A stretch of 64,000 nucleotides of DNA from Bryobacteraceae bacterium (GTDB lineage Bacteria; Acidobacteriota; Terriglobia; Bryobacterales; Bryobacteraceae). The DNA lies in contig JBAUZG010000199.1 in assembly GCA_049585195.1 (NCBI GenBank), positions 10,918-74,917 of the forward strand, written 5' to 3'. Positions 18,328 through 27,902 of the stretch are shown piece after piece; the first letter of the stretch is position 1, and each line of letters begins with the position of its first letter. Under the pieces are notes generated by a model that made no database searches, was not told where the DNA came from, and saw only the letters and a program-made list of their open reading frames with translations. A program made the translations under genes and the position numbers.

Positions 18328-18633
18328 ATGGAAGAAATTGGATTGTTAGTCACGCTCGAAGCACGCGCAGGTAAGGAGGCTGATGCCGAGGCATTTCTAA
18401 AGTCAGCTCAGCCACTCGCGCTGGATGAAAAAGGGACCTTGAAGTGGTATGCGATCAAGCGCGGACCGGGGAAGTTCGGCATCTTCGACACCTTCGCAAA
18501 TGAATCCGGCCGCAATGCCCACTTGAGTGGCGACATTGCGAAGGCGTTGGGGGCGCGCGCCAGCGAATTGTTCGCGGTTCCTCCGCAGGTCGAAAAAGTA
18601 GAGATTCTCGCAAACACACCTTTAAAAGGCTGA
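18328..18633 (+). CDS. Antibiotic biosynthesis monooxygenase (ABM) family protein
   Basis: GLLVTLEARAGKE...FGIFDTF...GRNAHLSG. Confidence 0.8.
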   Translation: MEEIGLLVTLEARAGKEADAEAFLKSAQPLALDEKGTLKWYAIKRGPGKFGIFDTFANESGRNAHLSGDIAKALGARASELFAVPPQVEKVEILANTPLKG

Positions 18634-18657
18634 GTGCAAGATTCAAGGAAAGTCAAC

Positions 18658-19313
18658 ATGAGTCAAATAGCCAGCAGCTTTAAAAAACAATCGTATGACG
18701 CCGCTGTAGCGAGAGTCGCCATGAAGCTAGAGGTCGCGCTCGTTCCAGTTTCGGACGTCGACCGTGCAAAGGAGTTTTACGCGAAGCTCGGGTGGCGGCT
18801 CGATGAGGACGTCGTTATGGGAGACGATTTTCGCGTCGTCCAGTTCACGCCGCCGGGTCAGGGTGCTCGATCTCGTTCGGCAAGGGAGTCACCGCAGCCG
18901 TTCCAGGCTCGTTCCGGGGAGGGCTGATCGTCTCGGATATTGAGGCGGCTCATAGGGAGATCGCGGCAAGGGGCATCCAGTCGAGTGAGGTGTTCCACGG
19001 CTCGCCGTTCTCGCCGGCAGGACGCATCACCGGCCCGGACCCCGAACGCCAGAGCTACCGCTCATACGTCTCCTTCGAAGATCCCGATGGTAACGCATGG
19101 ATCGTGCAAGAGGTCACGTGCCGGCTGCCCGGTCGCATCGATCCCGCGACGACGAACTTTTCGTCCGCAAACGATTTGGCGAGCGCGATGCGACGCGCGG
19201 AAGCCGCTCACGGCGAGCACGAGAAGCGAAACGGGCAGCGCAACGCGAACTGGCAGGACTGGTACGCAGCGTACATGGCGGCGGAGCAAGTTGGGACCGA
19301 GCTGCCTAAGTGA
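18658..19313 (+). pseudogene. VOC/glyoxalase family protein, frameshifted
   Basis: MKLEVALVPVSDVDRAKEFY..VQFTPPG; a 1-bp deletion near 18858, then the alternate frame gives CSISFGKGVT..SFEDPDGNAWIVQE. Confidence 0.8.
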
Positions 19314-19387
19314 ACGACTAGCCGAACCAGATCTCTGAGCAATTACCCATTAGAACTTTATTCATCGAATTAGAAGGAGATTTGAAA

Positions 19388-20251
19388 ATGCCATATGTGA
19401 CGGTCGAAGATGAAAATTCAGGCGCCATCGAGCTTTGGTACGAGGGCCATGGCTCGGGCCAACCGGTTGTCCTGATCCACGGATATCCATTGAGTGGGAC
19501 TTCGTGGGAAAAGCAAGTATCCGTGCTGCTGGCTGCTGGTTACAAGGTCATCACCTACGACCGCAGAGGCTTCGGCAAATCGAGCCAGCCAACCGTAGGC
19601 TACAACTACGACACGTTTGCAGAAGACCTTCACACGCTGGTCACCCACCTTAAGCTGCGGGATTTCATCATGGTCGGCTTCTCCATGGGAGGAGGCGAGG
19701 TAGCCCGATACCTGGGGAAGTACGGTTCCAAGGGTGTGAGCAAAGCCGTGATCATCTCCGGGGTCCCGCCGTACTTGCTCAAGATGGCCGACAACCCGGA
19801 GGGCGTGGATGGCAGCGTGTTTGCCGGGATCGAAAAAGCCGTAGCCGACGACCGCTATGCATTCCTCAGCGGCTTCTTCCAGAATTTCTACAACACCGAC
19901 GTATTCCTGGGAAAGTGTGTCAGCGAGCAGGCGGTTCAGGCCAACTGGAACATCGCTGCCGGCGCGTCCGCTACCGCGAGCCTGGCGTGCGTCCGAACCT
20001 GGCATGAAGACTTCCGCGAAGACTTGGCGAGCATCGATGTGCCCACGCTCGTGATTCACGGTGATGCCGACCGCGTCCTGCCGATCACGGCGACGCGATT
20101 GCGCACCGCTAGGCTGATCAGAGGCGCGCGCCTGCGGGTCGTGAAGGACGGTCCGCACTGCATTCCATGGACACATGCGGAAGATGTAAACGCAGAATTG
20201 CTCAGCTTCCTGGGCGAGAAAACCTGCAATCTGCAGAGGGAAGTTGCCTAG
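19388..20251 (+). CDS. Non-heme haloperoxidase / perhydrolase (alpha/beta hydrolase)
   Basis: VLIHGYP, YDRRGFG, GFSMGG, HGDADR, GPH; SD AGGAG. Confidence 0.9.
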   Translation: MPYVTVEDENSGAIELWYEGHGSGQPVVLIHGYPLSGTSWEKQVSVLLAAGYKVITYDRRGFGKSSQPTVGYNYDTFAEDLHTLVTHLKLRDFIMVGFSMGGGEVARYLGKYGSKGVSKAVIISGVPPYLLKMADNPEGVDGSVFAGIEKAVADDRYAFLSGFFQNFYNTDVFLGKCVSEQAVQANWNIAAGASATASLACVRTWHEDFREDLASIDVPTLVIHGDADRVLPITATRLRTARLIRGARLRVVKDGPHCIPWTHAEDVNAELLSFLGEKTCNLQREVA

Positions 20252-20311
20252 GCTCGCAGCCGAACTGATCGGGACACGCGACGCCCAAAAAGTCTGTTAA
20301 GGAGAACTTAC

Positions 20312-21031
20312 ATGAAATTCAACACATTATTTTACCCCGTCAAAGCCTGTAGCGCGAGTCTCGTAAAAAGACGCCCGCTATTATATGCCGCAACGGTCGT
20401 TATGCTGGCGGCGCAGGTAATTCCAAACATCGCCTGGGCTCAGGGGCAACCAGCTCCACCGCTTTCCGGCGTTCTGGGAAAGATCCAGTCATTTACCGGC
20501 AACTCGCTCGACGTTGCGACAGCTTCAGGAGTAGCCCACGTCAGGGTCACGCAGCCCCTCGCAACCTACAAGCAGATACCGTCGGATTTGAGCCATGTCG
20601 CCTCAACCTCTTATGTCGGCGTGGCATCCGTGCAGCAGGCGGACGGCACAGAACTCGCGAAGCAGGTCATCATCTTTCCCAAGGAGCTGCGCGGGGCGGC
20701 GGAAGGTAGTGTTCTGACGGATGCGCCGGGCGCAACCACTCACAGCAGAATGACAAAGGGCTCCCTCGCTAAGCCTGCGGTTACGCACTCCCGCATGACG
20801 AACGGCTCGGTAGAGAAGGGCGGCGCGAGCAGTCTGGTGGTTCGATATCAGGACGGCTCGCAGACGATTTCAATACCTGCCAGTGTTCCGGTTACGCTAG
20901 TAGCAAAAGAACCAGTGACCTTGGGTGCCGGCGATATCATCTATGCACCGACCGAGAAGCTGCCGGATGGGACGCTGACCACGAACAGAATCTTTCAATT
21001 CGTGGCCGCATCCACCAGCAACGCGCAGTAG
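20312..21031 (+). CDS. Secreted hypothetical protein
   Basis: SD AAGGAG, signal peptide ending AWA, repeated THSRMT. Confidence 0.7.
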   Translation: MKFNTLFYPVKACSASLVKRRPLLYAATVVMLAAQVIPNIAWAQGQPAPPLSGVLGKIQSFTGNSLDVATASGVAHVRVTQPLATYKQIPSDLSHVASTSYVGVASVQQADGTELAKQVIIFPKELRGAAEGSVLTDAPGATTHSRMTKGSLAKPAVTHSRMTNGSVEKGGASSLVVRYQDGSQTISIPASVPVTLVAKEPVTLGAGDIIYAPTEKLPDGTLTTNRIFQFVAASTSNAQ

Positions 21032-21040
21032 CGCCTGGAA

Positions 21041-21826
21041 ATGAGCTGTTCCACAGGTCCAGGTAAGGAAGCGATCTCCACGAGCACGCTACCGGAACAG
21101 CCGGGCGTGCTCGTGGCCAAGAGGCATCATCTCCTGGTGCGCTGGAGTCACTGGCTGAATGTGCCGATCCTTATCGGCCTCATTTTGAGCGGCATCTCTA
21201 TTTACTGGAGTTCGCCGATCTATCAGCACAAGCCAGATCCGCTTACCGGAAACTTCGATGTGGCGGCGGATATTGGCATCTGGATATGCGCCCATGTGCC
21301 CTGGCTGCATCACTACAATAGCCCGCCCGATTGGATTTATAACCATATGAGCCTCGGGCCGGGTATGTTGGCTCTCGCTTTGCGCCTCCATTGGCTGTGC
21401 GCGTACGCATTCATGCTGAATGGTGCGGTGTACGTCGCAGGGTTGATCACAGGAGCGGGGTGGCGAGGATTACTGCCCCGCCGGACCAATCTGCTTGACG
21501 CGTTCAGGATGTTCCGGTACTACATAGGATTTCCGTTGGCCAAACTAGCGCGCCGCCAATGGCCGCATCCTAGTTTCAACACAAAGTACAACGCGCTCCA
21601 GCGCGCAGCGTATTTCTCTGTTCCGCTCGCCGGTTGCCTTTCAGTCGCTACAGGATGGGCGATTCACAAGCCCATGCAGTTCCATTCGTTGGCTGCGATC
21701 TTTGGTGGATTCGATGCGGCGCACGTTTGGCATTTCTGGCTCATGTGGGTCTTCATCCTTTTCGTCGTACCCCATGTGATTCTGGTTTTCGCCGACGGGT
21801 GGGATACGTTTCGCGGCATGATCGTG
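21041..21826 (+). pseudogene. Cytochrome b/b6-domain protein (YdhU-like), 3'-truncated and fused to IS66 transposase
   Basis: LVRWSHW, LRLHW, KYNALQR, VWHF, VPHV; sequence switches to transposase after FRGMIV. Confidence 0.8.
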
Positions 21827-22912
21827 ACCGCCACTAAGCCGGCCCAGCCGATCGAGAAAAGCACAGCTTCGGCCAGCGTGCTCGCTCAGGTGATCGTGAG
21901 CGAGGTGGCCGATCACTTACCACTGCACCGGCAGGTGAAGATGTTCGGCCGCTTCGGCGTTGAGTTATCGGATCAGACTTTATGCGGCTGGTTGCGGCAA
22001 AGCGCAGATTTGCTGGAACCGCTGTATGAACGAGCCAAGGGATTCGTTTTGTCCTCCAAGGTGGTGGGTACGGATGACACGCCGGTGAAGGTTTTGGACC
22101 GCACGCTTCCGCATACGCGCAAAGGCAGGTTTTGGCCGTATGTGGGCGACCGCGACCATCGAGCGGTGGTTTACGATTACACGCCCACACGAGAACGAGC
22201 CGGGCCGGAGAAGTTTCTAGCGGGATACGAAGGCTATTTACAACTGGATGCCTATCCGGCTTATGACGCCTTCTTTTTGGAGCCGGAGCGAGGCTTGGTT
22301 GAAGTAGGCTGTCGGGCCCATGCAAGACGGCATGCGTTTCAAGCGCGCGATACCGATCCGGCGCACATGGGGGCGGTACTGGCCTACATCGGGCAACTCT
22401 ATGCGGTGGAGAAGCGCGCCCGCAAAGCTGGAATCGAAGGCGAGGATTTGCGTTTGCTGCGGCACGAGGCTGCCGGTCCGGTCATTAGCGAGCTGCATGC
22501 TTACGTTGCTGCCCAGGAGCGAAGCCGGCCAAGCCGTGGCCTACATTTTGAAGAACTGGGTGGCGCTCACGCGCTATCTCGATGACGGTGACCTGCCGAT
22601 TGATAACAATCGAACCGAACGCTCGCTGCGCGGCATCGCAGTGGGTCGAAACAACTGGACGTTCCTGGGCAGTGATCGTGGAGGAAAAACTATGGCCATC
22701 CTGCGCAGCTTTGTTAGCTCCTGTGAGCTGAACCAAGTCGATCCGTTTGCCTGGTTCCGCGACGTGCTTGCCCGCATCTCCACGATTTCCATCCAGAAAT
22801 TAGACCAACTGCTCCCGCACAACTGGGCCGCTGCCCAGCGTGCTTAACACAATCTCGAATATAAACGCAACCCGTTCTAAGTCGCTATTTCCGGTGTTCA
22901 CGGGATGCTTAC
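21827..22912 (+). mobile_element. tnpC: IS66-family remnant (3' part of tnpC plus right inverted repeat)
   Basis: DHLPLHRQ, DDTPV, GYLQLDAYPAY, CRAHARR, frameshift near 22505, IDNNRTERSLRGIAVGRNNW, LLPHNW; end GTGTTCACGGGATGCTTAC (22894-22912) reads GTAAGC.. on the reverse strand. Confidence 0.92.
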
Positions 22913-22913
22913 C

Positions 22914-23452
22914 GATCTGTTGTGGCTTTGTACAGAGCTTGAATTAACGAGACCGGTCATAGTGGGACATAGCATGGGGGGAATGTCGCTTTGGAACTGG
23001 CAGCCCGATATCCAGATATCCCTTCTTCTCTTGTAATGATCGATTCAGTGATGCCTCCTCCGCGGGCATCGCTCGATACTGTGCACCCGCTCATTGAAGC
23101 ATTGCTGGAACCGCATTACATTGCCGCATATCGGCAGGCACTCTCATCTCTGTGCCTTGCAACAGACAAACGATCGGCACGATTAATCTCCTCGCTACAA
23201 GTTCGGCAGCACGTCCCAGCATCGGCAGTTCCAAATCACACCCTTAATTATGATGCTGCCCCGACTGCAAGGGGTTGTCGTATGCCAATCGCGTACATCT
23301 TGTCGACTATGCCTTTTCTCGACCTACCCCGCTTTCAAAGTCTCACACCTCAACTTGTGATCGCTCGCACACTGGGGTCGGGACACTTCTCACCAATCGA
23401 GGTACCCGACCAAGTCAATGCTATGATCGCCCGATTCATCATGGTCAATTGA
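22914..23452 (+). pseudogene. Alpha/beta hydrolase, 5'-truncated by IS66 and frameshifted
   Basis: Directly after the IS end: DLLWLCTELELTRPVIVGHSMGG, a 1-bp loss near 22981, then LELAARYP..GSGHF. Confidence 0.8.
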
Positions 23453-23644
23453 GTGGCACCGCCACCGTTTGAACAGGCCGCAAGAATGGCTTCCTTCAAC
23501 AACTGGTGATGAGTCTTAGTTCGCAGGCTGATCTTTCATCGCGAATTGTAGGTCGATCGACCCATCTGTCTGATTACCGGGATATGATTGCTTCCGAGCG
23601 AATTGTCGCCAGCCTGGAGGTTGGCATCGAAATAACGGCTCTGC

Positions 23645-23768
23645 GACTCCCGGAGCAGGTGTCTGGGACATAGATCGGCCCCGGTCGCCAAGCGTTTACC
23701 AAGGCCTTGCCAAGATTTGTTGGTTTGACCAGAACACCTTCGGACTGCGGTCTTGAACCCCGTTTGTC
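23645..23768 (+). repeat. Module-boundary element copy
   Basis: CATAGATCGGC..GTCGCCAAGCGTTTACC (23684-23700), plus distal GGACTG..AACCCCGTTTGTCG resembling GGACTG..AACCGGGTTATCG of the 33.6-kb copy. Confidence 0.7.
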
Positions 23769-23805
23769 GTAGAATTCCAGGAGCTTGCACCGGTTCGGGA
23801 GGATC

Positions 23806-24705
23806 ATGCAGCCGACTATTCTCGCAGTATCGCTTGCATTTTCGGGTACCGCCTTGTCGATGTCCGCCGCCGGGCTCGCGCTGCTAGCGATTGGGCTGTT
23901 GGCCGCGAAGAACGCTATCGCCCAGGCTCGCGGCATCGACAAGATCGTAGGCCTCACCCACTTGTGCTTTGCCGTTCCGTTGGCGGTCTTCGGCGCAGAA
24001 CATCTTTCCAGCTCACAGGCCCTGCTGGCCGCGGTGCCGTCGTATATGCCTTGGCGTATGTTTTGGGTGTATTTCGTTGGCTTCGCCCTGATTGCCGCAT
24101 CGCTCAGCATCGCCACCAAGCGTCAGGTGCGGTGGTCCGGCGTGCTGTTCGGTGCCATGATGTTCCTCTTCGTGGCAATGTTGCATCTCCCGGGAGCAGT
24201 CAAAGCTGGCGGCCGGATCCCATGGACGATCGTTGTCCGCGAAATGTCGTTCGGCGGCGCCGGCTGGGTTTTGGCGGGAACTGCGATGGACGAGGATCAC
24301 TATCGGCAGGGTGAGAATCTTATCACTGTGGGCCGCGTGCCGATCGCGATCGCGGCGCTCTTTTTCGGCGTTCAGCACTTTCTGCATCCGCTGGGACTTC
24401 CCGGAGTTCCGCTCGTGAAACAGATGCCCTCGTGGATTCCGGTTCGCGCCCTCATCGGCTATGTGACGGGCGCATTTCTGACGGTTGCCGGGGGCTGCTT
24501 TCTGCTGGCGAGGAAAACGCGCATGGCGGCCACATATCTGGGCGCCTGGATTTTGCTCCTCGTTGTGGTGATCTATGGGCCTGTCCTGATTGGGGCGCTA
24601 GCAGACCCGAGTACCAGCGTGCAGGTCGAGGGGCTCAACTACTTCGCCGACACGCTTCTGTTTGGTGGAGCGATTCTCTCGCTCGCCAACATCCATCGGA
24701 AGTAG
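23806..24705 (+). CDS. DoxX-like duplicated membrane protein
   Basis: Two internal repeats (FGAEHL..VPSYMP / FGVQHF..MPSWIP), multiple TM helices; SD GGAGG before ATG 23806. Confidence 0.75.
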   Translation: MQPTILAVSLAFSGTALSMSAAGLALLAIGLLAAKNAIAQARGIDKIVGLTHLCFAVPLAVFGAEHLSSSQALLAAVPSYMPWRMFWVYFVGFALIAASLSIATKRQVRWSGVLFGAMMFLFVAMLHLPGAVKAGGRIPWTIVVREMSFGGAGWVLAGTAMDEDHYRQGENLITVGRVPIAIAALFFGVQHFLHPLGLPGVPLVKQMPSWIPVRALIGYVTGAFLTVAGGCFLLARKTRMAATYLGAWILLLVVVIYGPVLIGALADPSTSVQVEGLNYFADTLLFGGAILSLANIHRK

Positions 24706-24725
24706 CCGGCAGTCGTCCGGGAACG

Positions 24726-24799
24726 TGTGCGGATGACCGACAAATCTGCTCAGAGCCATTCGTAAACGCTGCGCCGTTAGAGAGGAACGCAGGTATTCC
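24726..24799 (-). repeat. Two tandem fragments of the module-boundary element
   Basis: TGTGCGGATGACCGACAAATCTG matches the reverse complement of the 11.5-kb core at 19/23; GTAAACGCTGCGCCGT (24762-24777) is identical to 33759-33774; AGGTATTCC is also shared. Confidence 0.8.
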
Positions 24800-24835
24800 T
24801 CCAAAAGAATCACCGAACTCGCGGCAGGTCTAAAA

Positions 24836-25451
24836 TCAGTCCGTCAGCCCTTTGGCCTTCTTCCCTAACGCCGCGAAGGCAGCATGAAAGACCTCGTCGG
24901 GTATCAACTCCGGCGTGAGCAGCCTTTGGAAAACAAGGGCCTTCGGTCAGGGCGTGTATCACGCGCACAAGCTGATCCGCCGGCATGGGAAGATCTTCTT
25001 CTTTGGTGACAGAGCGAAGCCATTCTTCGCCCAGAGCATAACTTTGGGCCGTGAACTCGGCAACCTTGGCGCGCAATTCCTCATGCGTGAGCGCATAGGC
25101 CAAACCGGTCAGGCGACCGACTGCGGCCGCCCTTCGGTCCGGGATGGCGGCGAGTGTGGCGTCCGCCAGGGCAGGCAGGATTTCGGGCAAGGTCGCGTTG
25201 GGCTGCACTTTGGGCTTGATCGGAGCCCAATAGGTCTGTCGAAGCGCGAGAAACAGTTCATCGCGGTTCTTGAAGTTGCCGTAGATCGCTCCGGTCGTCA
25301 TCCCGGCCCGCTCAGCAATGGCGTCCAGAGTGGTGTGCTCGTAACCCTTTTCACGAATCAATTCGCGTGCCGCCTCCATCAACTTCGCGCGGGTGCGGTC
25401 GCGCTTGTCACCCTTGGGCTGCCGACGAGGTGATTCCAGTTCTGGTGCCAT
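24836..25451 (-). pseudogene. TetR-family regulator with C-terminal +1 frameshift
   Basis: HTH TTLDAIAERAGMTTGAIYGNF; removing one C near 24938 restores EGLVFQRLLTPELIPDEVFHAAFAAL ending at TGA 24836. Confidence 0.8.
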
Positions 25452-25459
25452 CTGCCCGA

Positions 25460-25491
25460 TTTTATATTATTGTTATTTTATAGTATTGTTA
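25460..25491. promoter_or_regulatory. AT-rich tandem 16-bp repeat, probable TetR operator / divergent promoter
   Basis: TTTTATATTATTGTTA followed by TTTTATAGTATTGTTA in a 45-bp divergent gap. Confidence 0.6.
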
Positions 25492-25496
25492 TCTTT

Positions 25497-26695
25497 ATGA
25501 AAGACGCCGTGCAGCAGATCGTGGATTCGGGGCAGCTTGCGGGAGCCGCAACCCTCGTTTGGAAGAACGGAGCGGCCCTGACCAAATGCTTCGGTTGGCG
25601 GGATATCGAACATAAGGAGCCCGTCGAGAGGGACACCATCTTCAGAATCGCCTCGATGACCAAGCCGATTACCTTTGTCGCGGCGCTCATGTTGGTGGAT
25701 GAGGGCCGTATTGCGTTGAACGATCCGATTGTTCGCTTCGCGCCGGAGTTCTCGCAAATGCGCGTGCTCCGGTCTCCTGACGGGCCTCTGAACGAAACGG
25801 TCCCGCGGAGCGGCTCATTACCTTCGAAGACCTGCTGACGCATGGGGCTGGCCTGACATATGCGGATTTTCATCGGGGGCCGATCTCGCAGGCGTACCGC
25901 GAGGCGCTCGGCGGCGATATCGACAGTGAGATTACGCCCGACGACTGGATCGCGAGACTCTCTCAGTTGCCCTTGATCCACCAACCCGGAACGATGATGT
26001 CGTACGGCCGCGCGACCGACCTGCTCGGGTTGCTGATCGCCCGCATCGAAGGAGAGGCGCTGGGAGCCGTGCTCAAGCGGCGCATTTTCGACCCACTGGG
26101 CCTGAAGGACACCAGTTTCATGGTCCCTCCTGATAAACGGAATAGGCGTGCGGCCGCTTACAGCTTTAACGACGAAGGGAAGTTGATCAAACGAACCACC
26201 TGGAGCGGAGTTGTGGCCGAGGAACGGCCGGTGGAAATGGGCTATGAATCGGGCGGCCAAGGGCTGTGGTCCACCGTGGATGACTATCTACGTTTCGCGC
26301 GGTTGTTCCTGGGCGATGGCTCGGTGGATGGGGTGCGTTTGTTGCGCCCGGAAACGCTGGCGCGAATGACGACAAACCAACTGACAGAGGCCCAGCGGGC
26401 GAACTCTGGATGGCTGGGACGGAAACCCTTCGCAGTTGGGCGAGGATTCGGTTTGGGTGTATCGGTGGTACTGGAGACTGACTCCAACGATCTCATGCGA
26501 CGCGCCGGCGTGGGAACAGTCAGTTGGCCGGGAGCGTACGGCGGGTGGTGGCAGGCTGACCCAGCCGATGGATCGGTCCTCATTTTCCTGGCCCACAATA
26601 TGGTCGACTTGACGGAGATGGCAAAGGGCATCGGGCTTGGTATCTGGGCTGCAATCGATGCTTTTCAAAAGTCGGCAGCCAACTCCGAAGGCTGA
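25497..26695 (+). pseudogene. Serine hydrolase (beta-lactamase family), frameshifted
   Basis: FRIASMTK (SxxK); a 1-bp deletion near 25805, then AERLITFEDLLTH; ESGGQGLWST, WPGAYG. Confidence 0.85.
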
Positions 26696-26700
26696 CGATT

Positions 26701-27750
26701 CTACTTCAGCCTGAACCTCGGCGACGTCGGAACGACCGGCTGCAGCTGAGTGACACGGAAACGGAAAGCCCCGCCCTGGTCGCCAAGGGACGGGTAATGC
26801 GTCCCTTGCGATTGCGGTTCGATGCCGATTTTGTCGTTCACAGCGAATCGGAGCTTCTGCTTGCAGCCGAGGTAATGTTCCGTCGTCTGGATGGAGACGT
26901 GGCCGAGGAGAAACTGGATCTGGTCGAGCTCGCCGCCGGCCAAGTGACAGAGACGCGCACAGGTGCGTCGCAGATCGTGGGGCGCCAGCTTATCTATTCC
27001 GGCAGCCTCGGCCGCTCTCTTGACGATCTCCCAAAGCACCTTCGGCGTCATGCCCTCGCCCCAGATCTTTCCTGACTTGTTGATTGCTCGAAACAGACAG
27101 CCGTCCTTGATTCCACTCACTTCGGTCCAGCGATCGAGGGCCTCTTTCACCCAGAGTGGAATGGGTACCGTTCGAATATGTCCGGCCTTTCCATGGAGGT
27201 CGGCGATCACCCAGTGCTCTTCTCGGAGTTGTATGGACGCGGCCGAAAGGGCGAGGAGTTCACCCCGCCTCAATCCACAACCAATCAGAAGAGCAAGGAT
27301 GGCATAGTTGCGTTTGCTCCTAAGACTATCGCCCTGGGAGTTCAGCAGCAGCGAGCGGCCCTGATCGGCGGTGAGCCAGTTTCCCAGTCGCACGCCGATT
27401 CGGCGTACGCCCTTGACTCGGCGGGTGCCGGCGGCAAGTTCTGGACTGAGCAAGCCGGAATCAGCTGCCTGGTACGCCACACGCCTGACCGCGGCCAGGC
27501 GGAGGTTGATCGTTGTTGGAGCGAGGTGCCGTCGTTCCAAGTGGATTCGGTATCGAAGAACAACCGTGCGATTGAAAGCAAGTCGTGGTTCCGAGCAGTA
27601 CCAGTCGACGAACTCGTTGATTGCATGATCGTAGGTTCTGTGGCCGCTTTTCGAAGCCAGGCTGTTCAGTACGGCAGACTTCGTCTGTTCAAGATCGGGT
27701 AGTGCAAGAGATCGCTTTGGTGGTCTCCTCATTCTACGGTGTTTGGGCAT
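26701..27750 (-). CDS. Tyrosine recombinase / integrase (Xer-like)
   Basis: SAM-like N-domain (TINLRLAAVR); full catalytic set GCGLRRGE, GKAG, PHDLRR, LLGH, TTEHY. Confidence 0.95.
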   Translation of the reverse strand: MPKHRRMRRPPKRSLALPDLEQTKSAVLNSLASKSGHRTYDHAINEFVDWYCSEPRLAFNRTVVLRYRIHLERRHLAPTTINLRLAAVRRVAYQAADSGLLSPELAAGTRRVKGVRRIGVRLGNWLTADQGRSLLLNSQGDSLRSKRNYAILALLIGCGLRRGELLALSAASIQLREEHWVIADLHGKAGHIRTVPIPLWVKEALDRWTEVSGIKDGCLFRAINKSGKIWGEGMTPKVLWEIVKRAAEAAGIDKLAPHDLRRTCARLCHLAGGELDQIQFLLGHVSIQTTEHYLGCKQKLRFAVNDKIGIEPQSQGTHYPSLGDQGGAFRFRVTQLQPVVPTSPRFRLK

Positions 27751-27902
27751 TCTGAGCGGCCTCCTGCGCCGCCTTCAGTCAGAATGCCCGCATGGTCCAC
27801 CCTTCGCCGTTGATCGCGATCTATGCGGCAACTGAGTTCAGTTTCCGGTAAAGCGCGTGATCCAGGAGCAAACCGCAGAAACGGATCAGATAGGATGGCC
27901 GC

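Noticed and set aside
20266..20297. ATCGGGACA..GCCCAAAAAGT resembling element words
   Set aside because: Spacing is wrong and it lies within an apparent operon; likely chance.
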